Made by a program: the position numbers and the translations under genes | The notes under the pieces: model-generated | Databases searched by the model: none | The model's input: the letters and a program-made list of their open reading frames with translations, nothing else | Told to the model about the DNA's origin: nothing | In this document: positions 23,310 to 30,886 of the stretch, one piece after another | Layout of the letters: each line of letters begins with the position of its first letter | How positions within the stretch are numbered: position 1 is the stretch's first letter | Source of the DNA: a virus | Strand: one strand, 5' to 3' | IMG/VR virus record: IMGVR_UViG_3300009100_000008 | DNA length: 38,676 nucleotides

Positions 23310-23795
23310 CTAGATGAGGGCCTTGGCCCGGATGGTGAACTCGTACGCGGCGTAGGCGCCGTCGGGTGTCTGTGCCTGCCGGAGCCGCAGGTCGGCCAGC
23401 TCCAGGTAGGTGACCTGACCGCTCGCGGACCAGCCGGCCAGGCTGGCGCGCAGAGCCGCGCCGAAGGTGTGCAGGATCGCGGTGGCCTCGTCGCGGCGGG
23501 CTTTCATGTCGTCGCCGCCGCGCCACACCGACAGCCACCCGGGGATGAGCAGTTCTTCCTCGCGGGTGGGCGAGACGATCTTGCCGACGTACTTCCACAC
23601 CTGGCCGGAGGTGGCTGCGGTGGTGTCTTCTTCGGCCTCGCCGGCCCAGCCGATGGCCAACACCAGGGCGCCCGCCAGGTTCGTGGTGGGCATCCCGTCG
23701 AGGATCGTCAGCTCCTTGTTGCCGGCCAGGGTGGGGTCGGTGCGGGCCAGGTTCAGGACGTGGTCGATGACGGTGGCGATGCGGGTTTCGGCCAT
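23310..23795 (-). CDS. Neck / head-tail joining protein candidate (161 aa)
   Basis: Inner ATG 23795 overlaps the connector stop (ATGA). Sequence begins MAETRIATVIDHVLNLARTDPTLAGNKELTILDG. The rest of the 522-aa track ORF is Arg/Pro shadow. Confidence 0.45.
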   Translation of the reverse strand: MAETRIATVIDHVLNLARTDPTLAGNKELTILDGMPTTNLAGALVLAIGWAGEAEEDTTAATSGQVWKYVGKIVSPTREEELLIPGWLSVWRGGDDMKARRDEATAILHTFGAALRASLAGWSASGQVTYLELADLRLRQAQTPDGAYAAYEFTIRAKALI

Positions 23796-24613
23796 CAGGC
23801 GATCCCGTACAGCTGGGAACGCTTGAGCAGCTCGGCGGCACGGTTGGGGATGGCGTAGGCCGCGCCCGGGAGCATCGTCAGCGCCTCGTCGTTGAGCGAG
23901 GGTCGGCCGCTGCCGCCGTTCTGCAGCTGCCACAGGTGCTGAGCGATGATCCGGCCGGCGAGCCCCCGGTCTGCGGGGATGCCCGAGAGGCCCGCCTTGT
24001 ACGTCACCTGGTAGCGGCCGGCGCCGTAGGACAGCAACTCGATCGCCTCGACGACGGTGTCGATGCGGTAGTACGCCGCGTTCAGCGCGGTGCCGACGAC
24101 CTGGCCGTACACCGGCGCCACGGACACGATCTCGGTCACCGGCCGGTGCGTGGTGATGAGGTGGCAGGAACGGGTCGTCAGCCGCTCGGTGAACGTCTGC
24201 ACCGACATCGGACCCTCCACCGCCCACTCCACGAAGTCCGTCGCGCTGGCCAGGTAGTCGAGCAGCTCGTCGTCGTGGGTGGTGACGCTGGCCTGGATGT
24301 TGAGCTGCTTCTTCAGGTCGGCGAGGCTGGCGACGTAGGTGCGCTGGGCGAGCACCTCGAGCTGGAGCCCGCGGGTGTCGGTGGCAACGACGGCGCCGGA
24401 CGCCGCCCACTTGTACAGCCACGTCCCGACCTGGTCGACGTTGAACGTCGAGCTGTAGTTGCCGGTGCCGGCCTCGTCGGTCACGGCCGGCGTCGATGTG
24501 GTGCCGTCGGGCTTGGTGAGGGTGAGCACGACGGTGGCGTCGGTGGGGGTGCCGGCGAAGTCCTTGACGGTGGTGCTGAGCTTGACGGCGTCGCCTACGT
24601 CGTAGGTGCTCAC
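23795..24613 (-). CDS. Head-tail connector (gp6-like adaptor) with an N-terminal Ig-like domain (272 aa)
   Basis: YVASLADLKKQLNIQASVTTHDDELLDYLASATDFVEWAVEGP matches the gp6-like connector pattern. The first ~85 aa (DAVKLSTTVKDFAGTPTDATVVLTLTKPDGTT...) look Ig-like. Confidence 0.55.
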   Translation of the reverse strand: MSTYDVGDAVKLSTTVKDFAGTPTDATVVLTLTKPDGTTSTPAVTDEAGTGNYSSTFNVDQVGTWLYKWAASGAVVATDTRGLQLEVLAQRTYVASLADLKKQLNIQASVTTHDDELLDYLASATDFVEWAVEGPMSVQTFTERLTTRSCHLITTHRPVTEIVSVAPVYGQVVGTALNAAYYRIDTVVEAIELLSYGAGRYQVTYKAGLSGIPADRGLAGRIIAQHLWQLQNGGSGRPSLNDEALTMLPGAAYAIPNRAAELLKRSQLYGIA

Positions 24614-25599
24614 GAGAACCCTCCCGTCGTGGCTGTCGTGGCGAACGCTGCGGCAGTGGCCGCCGTGGCGAAGCTGCCGGCGTTCTCGGTGGCGGTGAAC
24701 GTGGTGGCCGCATCCGTGGTGGCGAAACGCGCACCTGATTCGGTCGTGGAGAACAAGCCCGGCGGTGGGGGCGCGACCACGAGCGGCAACGCCTCGTCCT
24801 GCTCGCTGGCCAGCCCCACGGCGAGGGTCTTAGTTCGGCCGAGCGCGGGAGCCGTATCCGTCTCGATGCCTTGGCCAAGCGATCGAAGCTTCGTTCGTGC
24901 CAGCGACGGCGCCGTGTCGAGCTCGGCGACCTGGCCGATCGTGCGCTGCTTCGCGGCCGCCAGTGCGCTACCTGTGTCCGCTTCCACCGAGGTGCCGAGC
25001 GTCCGCGTCTTCAGCCGGGCGACCCCAGGCGCGGTGTCCGTCTCTACGGCCTGCCCGACCGGAACGACGATCGTGGAGCCGAGCGGCAACGCCACATCGG
25101 TCTCGACAGGCTGACCGACCGTGCGGGTCTTGAGCCGGGCCAGCGCCTGGGCGGCGTCAGCCTCTGCCGCGTGGGTCAGCGCCTTCAGCTTGGCCCGGCC
25201 GACTGCGGTCGCGGTGTCGGATTCGAGCGCTACGCCGAGCAGCCTGGCCTTGGCCTCGCCGACTGCCTGAGCCGTGTCTGCCTCGGCCGCGACGCCGAAA
25301 GCCTTGGCCTTGGCGCGGGTGATGGTCTGAGCGGTGCCGGTCTCGACGGACAGCCCTACGGTGCGGGCCTTCGATCGGCCGACGGACAGTGCGGTGTCCG
25401 TCTCGATTGCGAGTCCGACGGCCCGGGTCTTCACCGCGGTGATTGCGAGCGCTGTCTCGGTGGACGACGCCAGACCCGACGTGCGGGACTTCGCCCGGCT
25501 GATCGTCTGGGCGGTGTCGGTCTCTGAAGCCAGCCCAACCGCGACAACATCCGCGGTCGCGCGCGGGATGGTGCGGTCACGAGTCCGCAGCAGCGACAT
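24610..25599 (-). CDS. Repeat protein: 13 x 20-aa tandem units plus an Ala/Thr tail (329 aa)
   Basis: ATG 25599. Residues 22-281 parse into 13 ungapped 20-aa units (G-x-x-x-E-T-D-T-A-...-R-x-K-x-R-x-x). Confidence 0.7.
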   Translation of the reverse strand: MSLLRTRDRTIPRATADVVAVGLASETDTAQTISRAKSRTSGLASSTETALAITAVKTRAVGLAIETDTALSVGRSKARTVGLSVETGTAQTITRAKAKAFGVAAEADTAQAVGEAKARLLGVALESDTATAVGRAKLKALTHAAEADAAQALARLKTRTVGQPVETDVALPLGSTIVVPVGQAVETDTAPGVARLKTRTLGTSVEADTGSALAAAKQRTIGQVAELDTAPSLARTKLRSLGQGIETDTAPALGRTKTLAVGLASEQDEALPLVVAPPPPGLFSTTESGARFATTDAATTFTATENAGSFATAATAAAFATTATTGGFS

Positions 25600-25608
25600 G
25601 CCGACCCC

Positions 25609-26052
25609 TTACGAGGCGCGGAAGAACCCGGCGGCGTTGATCTGCGCGGTCACATCCGAGCCGTCCGGGGTGATCGTGAAGTCGTGTTTGGTCAGCGGCA
25701 CCAGGGTGGAGTCGGTGCCGGTCGTGGTGTCCGGGTCGTAGCAGATCAGCAGTGCGCCGACAGCGTTGCCGGTGGCGGCAGTCCATGTCTGGTCGGCGAT
25801 GTCGATGTCCACGCGCTCGTTGGTGTCGTCCACGGTGATCGTGGCCGACGTGATCGTCTTGCGGCCCATCGTGGTCTGCTCGTTCGACGAGCCGGCGAGC
25901 AGCGCGGCGAGGTCGTCGTAGTCCTTCAGCGTCGCGTCGGCTTCCAGGCCGGTGGCCTCTAGGAGCACGACGATCAGGGCGTCATTCGTCGCCGGCAGCT
26001 CGGCGTAGTACTTGACCTTGCCCTTGGCGATATTCGCCACGAAGTCAGCCAC
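25609..26052 (-). CDS. Structural-module protein of unknown role (147 aa)
   Basis: GTG 26052 is preceded by GAGGAGG. Sequence begins MADFVANIAKGKVKYYAELPATNDALIVVLLEATG. Confidence 0.55.
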   Translation of the reverse strand: MADFVANIAKGKVKYYAELPATNDALIVVLLEATGLEADATLKDYDDLAALLAGSSNEQTTMGRKTITSATITVDDTNERVDIDIADQTWTAATGNAVGALLICYDPDTTTGTDSTLVPLTKHDFTITPDGSDVTAQINAAGFFRAS

Positions 26053-26067
26053 GACCCCTCCTCGGGG

Positions 26068-26406
26068 TTAGTCGGGGGTGGTGATGTTCCAGTCGTACGA
26101 GCGGCCGGTGCCGGCGGTCTGCTTCAACGTCACGGTCGCGGCCTGGGCGCACGGCACGGGGATGCTGACCTTGATCGGGGTGTCCTGTGCGTGGGCGTAT
26201 GTGGCGATGTACGCCAGCCGCTCGGTGCCCGAGGACAGGACCTTCGTCTTGATGCGCAGTTCCAGCTCGTCGCCGGTGGCCATCGCGTTGCAGTCCACCG
26301 CCAGCGTGTATGTCTTGCCGGCCGTGAGCGTGCCCGTGCCGGCCAGGGTGTGCTCAGTGGACACCGTCGCGGACTGCGTCCCTGAGGCTGTGACAGTCAA
26401 CGTCAT
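26068..26406 (-). CDS. Small all-beta (Ig-like) protein (112 aa)
   Basis: ATG 26406 is preceded by GAGGAGG. Thr/Ala-rich alternating pattern (MTLTVTASGTQSATVSTEHTLAGTGTLTAGKTYTLAVD). Confidence 0.55.
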   Translation of the reverse strand: MTLTVTASGTQSATVSTEHTLAGTGTLTAGKTYTLAVDCNAMATGDELELRIKTKVLSSGTERLAYIATYAHAQDTPIKVSIPVPCAQAATVTLKQTAGTGRSYDWNITTPD

Positions 26407-26416
26407 GCCGGCCTCC

Positions 26417-27238
26417 TCAGAACGTCAGCCCGTACACGGCAACCTCGATGTCCTGCATAAGCGCGGTGTCCGCAGCCGCGCGTGCCGCCAGCCTGACACC
26501 GGACGGGATGTTGAACGACAACGGGATCAGCGGGTTAACCGCAAGCTGTTCCTCACCGCTACTGAATCGCGCCATGTAATCGGGCACGATGATCGTCTCC
26601 GAAGCCGCGGCCCCAATGCCGATGTCCACTGTGTAGATACCGGCGGTCTGGTTGCTCGTGGAGCCCTGCGTCATCACCATCAGCGCGTCGATCCGCGTCG
26701 ACGTCGAGGACGTGAGCTGCACCCACGAACCTTTCGTTCCCGCGACCGCGCTCGGTGCGACCAGAGTCCCGCCGGAGGTGCCGGTCACGGTGCCGTAGTC
26801 GACCATTTTGGAGAACACCGACAGGCCCGGCGCGGGTTCCCCGCCGTACACGTCGATGCACAGGCCCGTGTTGCGGGACGCCACCGCGGCTTGTGCTCGG
26901 GCCGCGACCCGCACCCCCGAGGGAATGTGAAACGGCAGTTGCACCGACCCGGACAGGTGGTGGTGGAACCCGCCGAGAAGATTTGGCATGACCACCTGCT
27001 CCGACCCGGCCGCGCCAATGCCGATGTCCACCAGGGACGCGGTGTCGGTGCCACCGGAAAAGTTGCGCAGGTAGATCGTGAGATACGACGCCGCGCCAGC
27101 GGTGGAGGAGAACAGCTCCTCCCACGACCCCTTGGTGTTGATCGTGCCCGACGCCGTCACTTCGAGGTAGTTCGGACCGCCCGAGGCGCGAGGGGCATGC
27201 AGCACCTTCGTCGGGAACGACGCTAGGGGCCACTGCAT
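26417..27238 (-). CDS. Internally duplicated beta-rich protein (273 aa, two ~110-aa halves)
   Basis: ATG 27238 is preceded by AGGGAG. Both halves carry TKGSW..L.SST / VDIGIGAA.SE / IPSGVR.AARA / VYG. Confidence 0.65.
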   Translation of the reverse strand: MQWPLASFPTKVLHAPRASGGPNYLEVTASGTINTKGSWEELFSSTAGAASYLTIYLRNFSGGTDTASLVDIGIGAAGSEQVVMPNLLGGFHHHLSGSVQLPFHIPSGVRVAARAQAAVASRNTGLCIDVYGGEPAPGLSVFSKMVDYGTVTGTSGGTLVAPSAVAGTKGSWVQLTSSTSTRIDALMVMTQGSTSNQTAGIYTVDIGIGAAASETIIVPDYMARFSSGEEQLAVNPLIPLSFNIPSGVRLAARAAADTALMQDIEVAVYGLTF

Positions 27239-27265
27239 CAGCCGCTCCCTGTTCCCCTGGTGCCG

Positions 27266-27478
27266 CTACTGGTCGGACTTGTCGTCGGCGCGCTTCTCGA
27301 CGGGTGCGGTGCTCTTGGTGGTGGCGCGACCAGCGCGGTAGCCACGCAGCTTGAGCTGCTCGTCGACCTGTGCCACGCGCTCGGTCAGGCCACGCGCCAC
27401 GTACGCCTGCTTCTCCTGGAGCAGGGCGGCCATGACGCCGTCGGCGGCCGCGTCGGTGATCTTCTTCGTGTCGGTCAC
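27266..27478 (-). CDS. Small coiled-coil protein after the capsid gene (70 aa)
   Basis: GTG 27478 is preceded by AAGGAGAG. VTDTKKITDAAADGVMAALLQEKQAYVARGLTERVAQVDEQLKLRG. The 436-aa track ORF is otherwise shadow. Confidence 0.55.
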   Translation of the reverse strand: MTDTKKITDAAADGVMAALLQEKQAYVARGLTERVAQVDEQLKLRGYRAGRATTKSTAPVEKRADDKSDQ

Positions 27479-27495
27479 AGCACTCTCCTTCGGTG

Positions 27496-27528
27496 CCGCC
27501 GGCCCGCGAAGGAAGCACGGGCCGGCGG
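27496..27528 (-). terminator. 11-bp-stem hairpin just downstream of the capsid gene (attenuator candidate)
   Basis: CCGCCGGCCCG-11 nt-CGGGCCGGCGG lies between the capsid stop (27541) and the next start (27478). Confidence 0.3.
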
Positions 27529-27540
27529 TGGTAGGTGGGG

Positions 27541-28884
27541 TTAGAACGTCGGGGTGATGAGGCCGGTGCCGCCGATGGTGGCGACCGCCTTCGGGTAGCG
27601 GCCGGCGGTGAAGCCGGAGTAGCCGTAGACGACCAGCTTCACGGTGAGGCTGCCGGCCTGCGTCTCCTCGAACTTCAGCTGCGCGGGCATGCCGCCGTTC
27701 TGCTCCCACAAGTGCAGGTCCGCGGCCCGGGCGCCGACGATGACGTCCTCGTTCGTGCCGGCGCCGAGGTTCGTCGGGATCGACGCGTCGGTGACGACCG
27801 GCACGCCGAGGATCTCGCCGACGACCTGCCCGTACTCGGCGGCCTGGCCGACACCGACCGGGTTCATCGGGGCGTGGATGCCCACCAGCGGGCGGCCGGT
27901 GGAGTCCACCGCGGCGGTGAACCAACCCCACCGGCGGGGGTGCATCAGCCACACCGTGGCCGGCAGGAACCGGTTGGTGTTGATCTGCTGGAGCGCGTCG
28001 GCCAGCTTCGGGTAGACCTCGGCCACGGTCGGCGTGGCGTCGGTGTAGGTGACGGCGTTGATGGCGGCCGTGTTGAGGATGCCCAGGTGCTGGCCCGAGG
28101 AGCCGGAGCCGCTGATCAGCTGCACGTTCAGCTTGACGGCGTAGTCGGCGACGAGGTCGGCGAAGATGATCTCGTCGTTGCCGCGGCCCCGCTCCAGCGA
28201 CTGGCGGGACATGTCCTGCTGGCCGGCGATGGTGACGACCGGGACGGCAAGGGTGGTCTCGTCGAAGTCGGTCTCCTGCACCCCGGTGTTCTCCGTGGCC
28301 TGCACAGCGGTGGCCGTGCCGGTGGTGCCGCGCGGGATGTTGAGGGTCATGCCCTCGTCCGGCAGCTCGTGGCTGGCGGCCACGTTGGCCGTCGGCCGGC
28401 CGGCGCGGGCGATGGGCGCGAACATGTCGATCAGGTACTGCGGCGGGATCAGCGCGCCGAACGCGCCGGTGCCGACGTCGCGCTTCTCGACCTCGTTCTC
28501 CTGGGCGTAGCGCTGGAGGCGACCCAGCGCCGCCGGGTCGCTGCGGAAGTGCGAGCGGTAGGCGTCGGCGAACCACGACACGCCCTCGCTGGCGGACTCG
28601 CGGGTGTACACCTGCGACTCGTTGGTGACGACGGCGCCGCCGGTGGCGCGCTCCGTGGTGCCCTTGACGCCGACCTTGGCGCGCTGCTCGGCCGCGGTGT
28701 CGGCGCGGGAGTCCATCTCGGTGAGTTCGGCGATGCGCTCGTCGAGCACCTTCACATCGCCGGTCAGGGACCGGAACTCGCCGTCCTCGTCCTCGGTGAG
28801 GTTGCGGTCTTCGATCTCGGCCAGCACGGTGATGCGCTCGACCTTCTTCGCGCGACGTTCGCGCAGGGTGTCCAGCACGGACAT
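27541..28884 (-). CDS. Major capsid protein, HK97 fold (447 aa)
   Basis: ATG 28884 is preceded by AGGAGG. N-terminal coiled-coil delta-like region (LRERRAKKVERITVLAEIEDR...), then the typical HK97-family body (...GALIPPQYL...TIAGQQDMSRQ...WLMHPRRW...). Confidence 0.9.
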   Translation of the reverse strand: MSVLDTLRERRAKKVERITVLAEIEDRNLTEDEDGEFRSLTGDVKVLDERIAELTEMDSRADTAAEQRAKVGVKGTTERATGGAVVTNESQVYTRESASEGVSWFADAYRSHFRSDPAALGRLQRYAQENEVEKRDVGTGAFGALIPPQYLIDMFAPIARAGRPTANVAASHELPDEGMTLNIPRGTTGTATAVQATENTGVQETDFDETTLAVPVVTIAGQQDMSRQSLERGRGNDEIIFADLVADYAVKLNVQLISGSGSSGQHLGILNTAAINAVTYTDATPTVAEVYPKLADALQQINTNRFLPATVWLMHPRRWGWFTAAVDSTGRPLVGIHAPMNPVGVGQAAEYGQVVGEILGVPVVTDASIPTNLGAGTNEDVIVGARAADLHLWEQNGGMPAQLKFEETQAGSLTVKLVVYGYSGFTAGRYPKAVATIGGTGLITPTF

Positions 28885-29013
28885 GGGGTTGCCTCCTGGG
28901 CGGTTGGGTGGTGACGGGCCGCGGCAGGTGGTGCCCCAGGTGGCGGCCGGATCAGGGCCGCCGGCGTGGGGTCCGGCGTACTCACGGAGAGCCCGGCGCT
29001 CGGCCGGGAAGTT

Positions 29014-29664
29014 CTACAGGGACAGAGCGGCCGCGACGCGCTTGCGGCGGGCCACGGCGTCCAGATCGACGCCGGGCGCGAACCGCTGCTGGAGTCGGCC
29101 GAGCAGCGCGCGGGCTTCGTCGTCGGACAGCTGCTCGGCGTCGCCGGAGCGGATGCCGGCCGACGTGGCGGGGTTGGCGGGGTAGGTGACGACGGAGACG
29201 TCGAACAGCTTGACCTCGTTGATCCACCGCTCGGTGTAGTCGCCGTTCCATTCCTGCCGCACGACCTGGAACGCGAAACTCATCACGTCGAGATCGCCGC
29301 GCTTCATGGCCAGGCGGATGTCATTGACCAGCCCGGAGCGCGGCTCCAGGTCTGCGACGGTGTGCAGGCCGGTGGAGTCCTCGTCGAGCTGCAGCGTGCC
29401 GGACTTCGTGCGGGCGAGCGGCAGGCCGTCGTGGTTGAGCAGCAGCCGGACGTCGTCCTTCACGGCGAGGGTCTTCTTGAACGCGCCGGCCCGGACGGTC
29501 TCGGTGAACTCTCCGAGGAAGTCCCGCACCGTGTACGGGGAGTCGGTGACGCAGGCATAGCCGTCCAGCGTCAGGGTGTCGTCGGCCGCGGCGCGCAGCT
29601 CGGTCCGCACGGTGAACACCCGCCGCTCACGCGTCGGCGTCGCGCGCACGCTCGTGTCCGTCAT
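29014..29664 (-). CDS. Prohead maturation protease, HK97 (S78) family (216 aa)
   Basis: TLDGYACVTDSPYTV...FKKTL...VRLLLNHDGLPLARTKSGTLQLDEDSTGL...MSFAF...L.DVSVVTYPANP matches the HK97 protease pattern. ATGA overlap with the portal gene. Confidence 0.85.
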   Translation of the reverse strand: MTDTSVRATPTRERRVFTVRTELRAAADDTLTLDGYACVTDSPYTVRDFLGEFTETVRAGAFKKTLAVKDDVRLLLNHDGLPLARTKSGTLQLDEDSTGLHTVADLEPRSGLVNDIRLAMKRGDLDVMSFAFQVVRQEWNGDYTERWINEVKLFDVSVVTYPANPATSAGIRSGDAEQLSDDEARALLGRLQQRFAPGVDLDAVARRKRVAAALSL

Positions 29665-30875
29665 GGCTTGTGCTCCTCACCCTGGTCGGGGTCGTCCTCG
29701 TCGGGTTTCTGGTCGCCGTCAACGCTCACGAACTGCTCGGTCACGCCCATCAGCGGCAGCGGCTCGTCGCCCCACTCCACCGGCGGAAGGTCCTCGGTGG
29801 CCCGAACTTCGTTCGGGTAGGTGATGCGGCTGCGCAGCGCGATCTCGTGGACCTTGTACCGGTCCAGAACGGACGTCGACAGGATCGCGGCGCGGTTGAA
29901 CTTCACGTACTGGGGCCGCGGCAGCAGCGCCGACAGCGTCCGTTCCAGCCGCACCAGCCACGGGTTCAGCGCGAACGTCAGCAGGTGCAGCGAGAGCTGC
30001 TCGACGTTGGCGTAGGTCATGCTGCCGCCGGTGTCGTAGCCGAGCATCTCGGCCACGCCCGGGCCGAAGACGCGGGCGCACTCCGCCGACGTCCAGCCCA
30101 TGGCGTCCAGCGCGGCAGCCTCAGCCGGGGCGAGCTGGATCGGCTGGTAGGTGATCTGCTTGGGCAGCACCACCGGTTCGCGGCCGCCGCTGGTCGCCGC
30201 ACGCCACTTTTCCTTGACGGCGGTGGCCTGCTTCTGGTCGAGGTTGCCCTCGGCGGACAGGATCGCGCTGGGGTGTCCGCCCTCGGTGTAGAACTCGCTG
30301 GCGTACTGCTCGGCGCCCAGGCCGATGCCGATGGTGCGTAGCGCCAGTCCCAGCGGCGACAGGCCCATGATTCGCCCGGCGATCGGGTACGGCTTGAAGT
30401 GCCACACGTCCTCGGTCGGCACCGCCTTGCCGCCCACAGTCCACACCGGCCGGCCGGTCTTCATGTCGTAGCGGGCCACGACAGTGTCGGGGTGCTGCAA
30501 CGCGATGAGCGTCGGGAACCCGAGCCGGTCCCGGGCACCGATCAGCCCGATGGCGTTGCCGCGGATCAGCGCGTGGAACAGCACCTCCCACAGCCACGGC
30601 TCCAGCCCCTCATCCTCGCCGCCCGGGTCGATCAGCAGCGGCGGCGGCTCCACCTCCCGCCGCGTCCCACCGGCGCCAGTGAACACGTCGACCGGCATCG
30701 TCGACGCGGTGGAGGCGATGAGGTTGGCCCCCGCGAACACGGCGATCTTCTGCAGCGAGTCGTTCGGCCCGAACGCCCGGCCGGACGAGCGCATCCGCCG
30801 CTCGTTGAGGGCGTCGGGCAGCGACGGCGTTGCCCGCTCCTCGCGGGCAAACGGCCACCACCAACGACGCGCCAC
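29661..30875 (-). CDS. Portal protein, HK97 family (404 aa)
   Basis: GTG 30875 is preceded by GGAGGG. Lies between TerL and the protease. Typical portal length and composition. Confidence 0.85.
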   Translation of the reverse strand: MARRWWWPFAREERATPSLPDALNERRMRSSGRAFGPNDSLQKIAVFAGANLIASTASTMPVDVFTGAGGTRREVEPPPLLIDPGGEDEGLEPWLWEVLFHALIRGNAIGLIGARDRLGFPTLIALQHPDTVVARYDMKTGRPVWTVGGKAVPTEDVWHFKPYPIAGRIMGLSPLGLALRTIGIGLGAEQYASEFYTEGGHPSAILSAEGNLDQKQATAVKEKWRAATSGGREPVVLPKQITYQPIQLAPAEAAALDAMGWTSAECARVFGPGVAEMLGYDTGGSMTYANVEQLSLHLLTFALNPWLVRLERTLSALLPRPQYVKFNRAAILSTSVLDRYKVHEIALRSRITYPNEVRATEDLPPVEWGDEPLPLMGVTEQFVSVDGDQKPDEDDPDQGEEHKP

Positions 30876-30886
30876 TCAGACCCTCC

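Noticed and set aside
24757-25536. 60-bp periodic repeat array as a possible CRISPR or satellite
   Set aside because: The units are contiguous with no spacers. They are diverged but in frame, inside a CDS with strong coding bias, so this is a protein-level 20-aa repeat.
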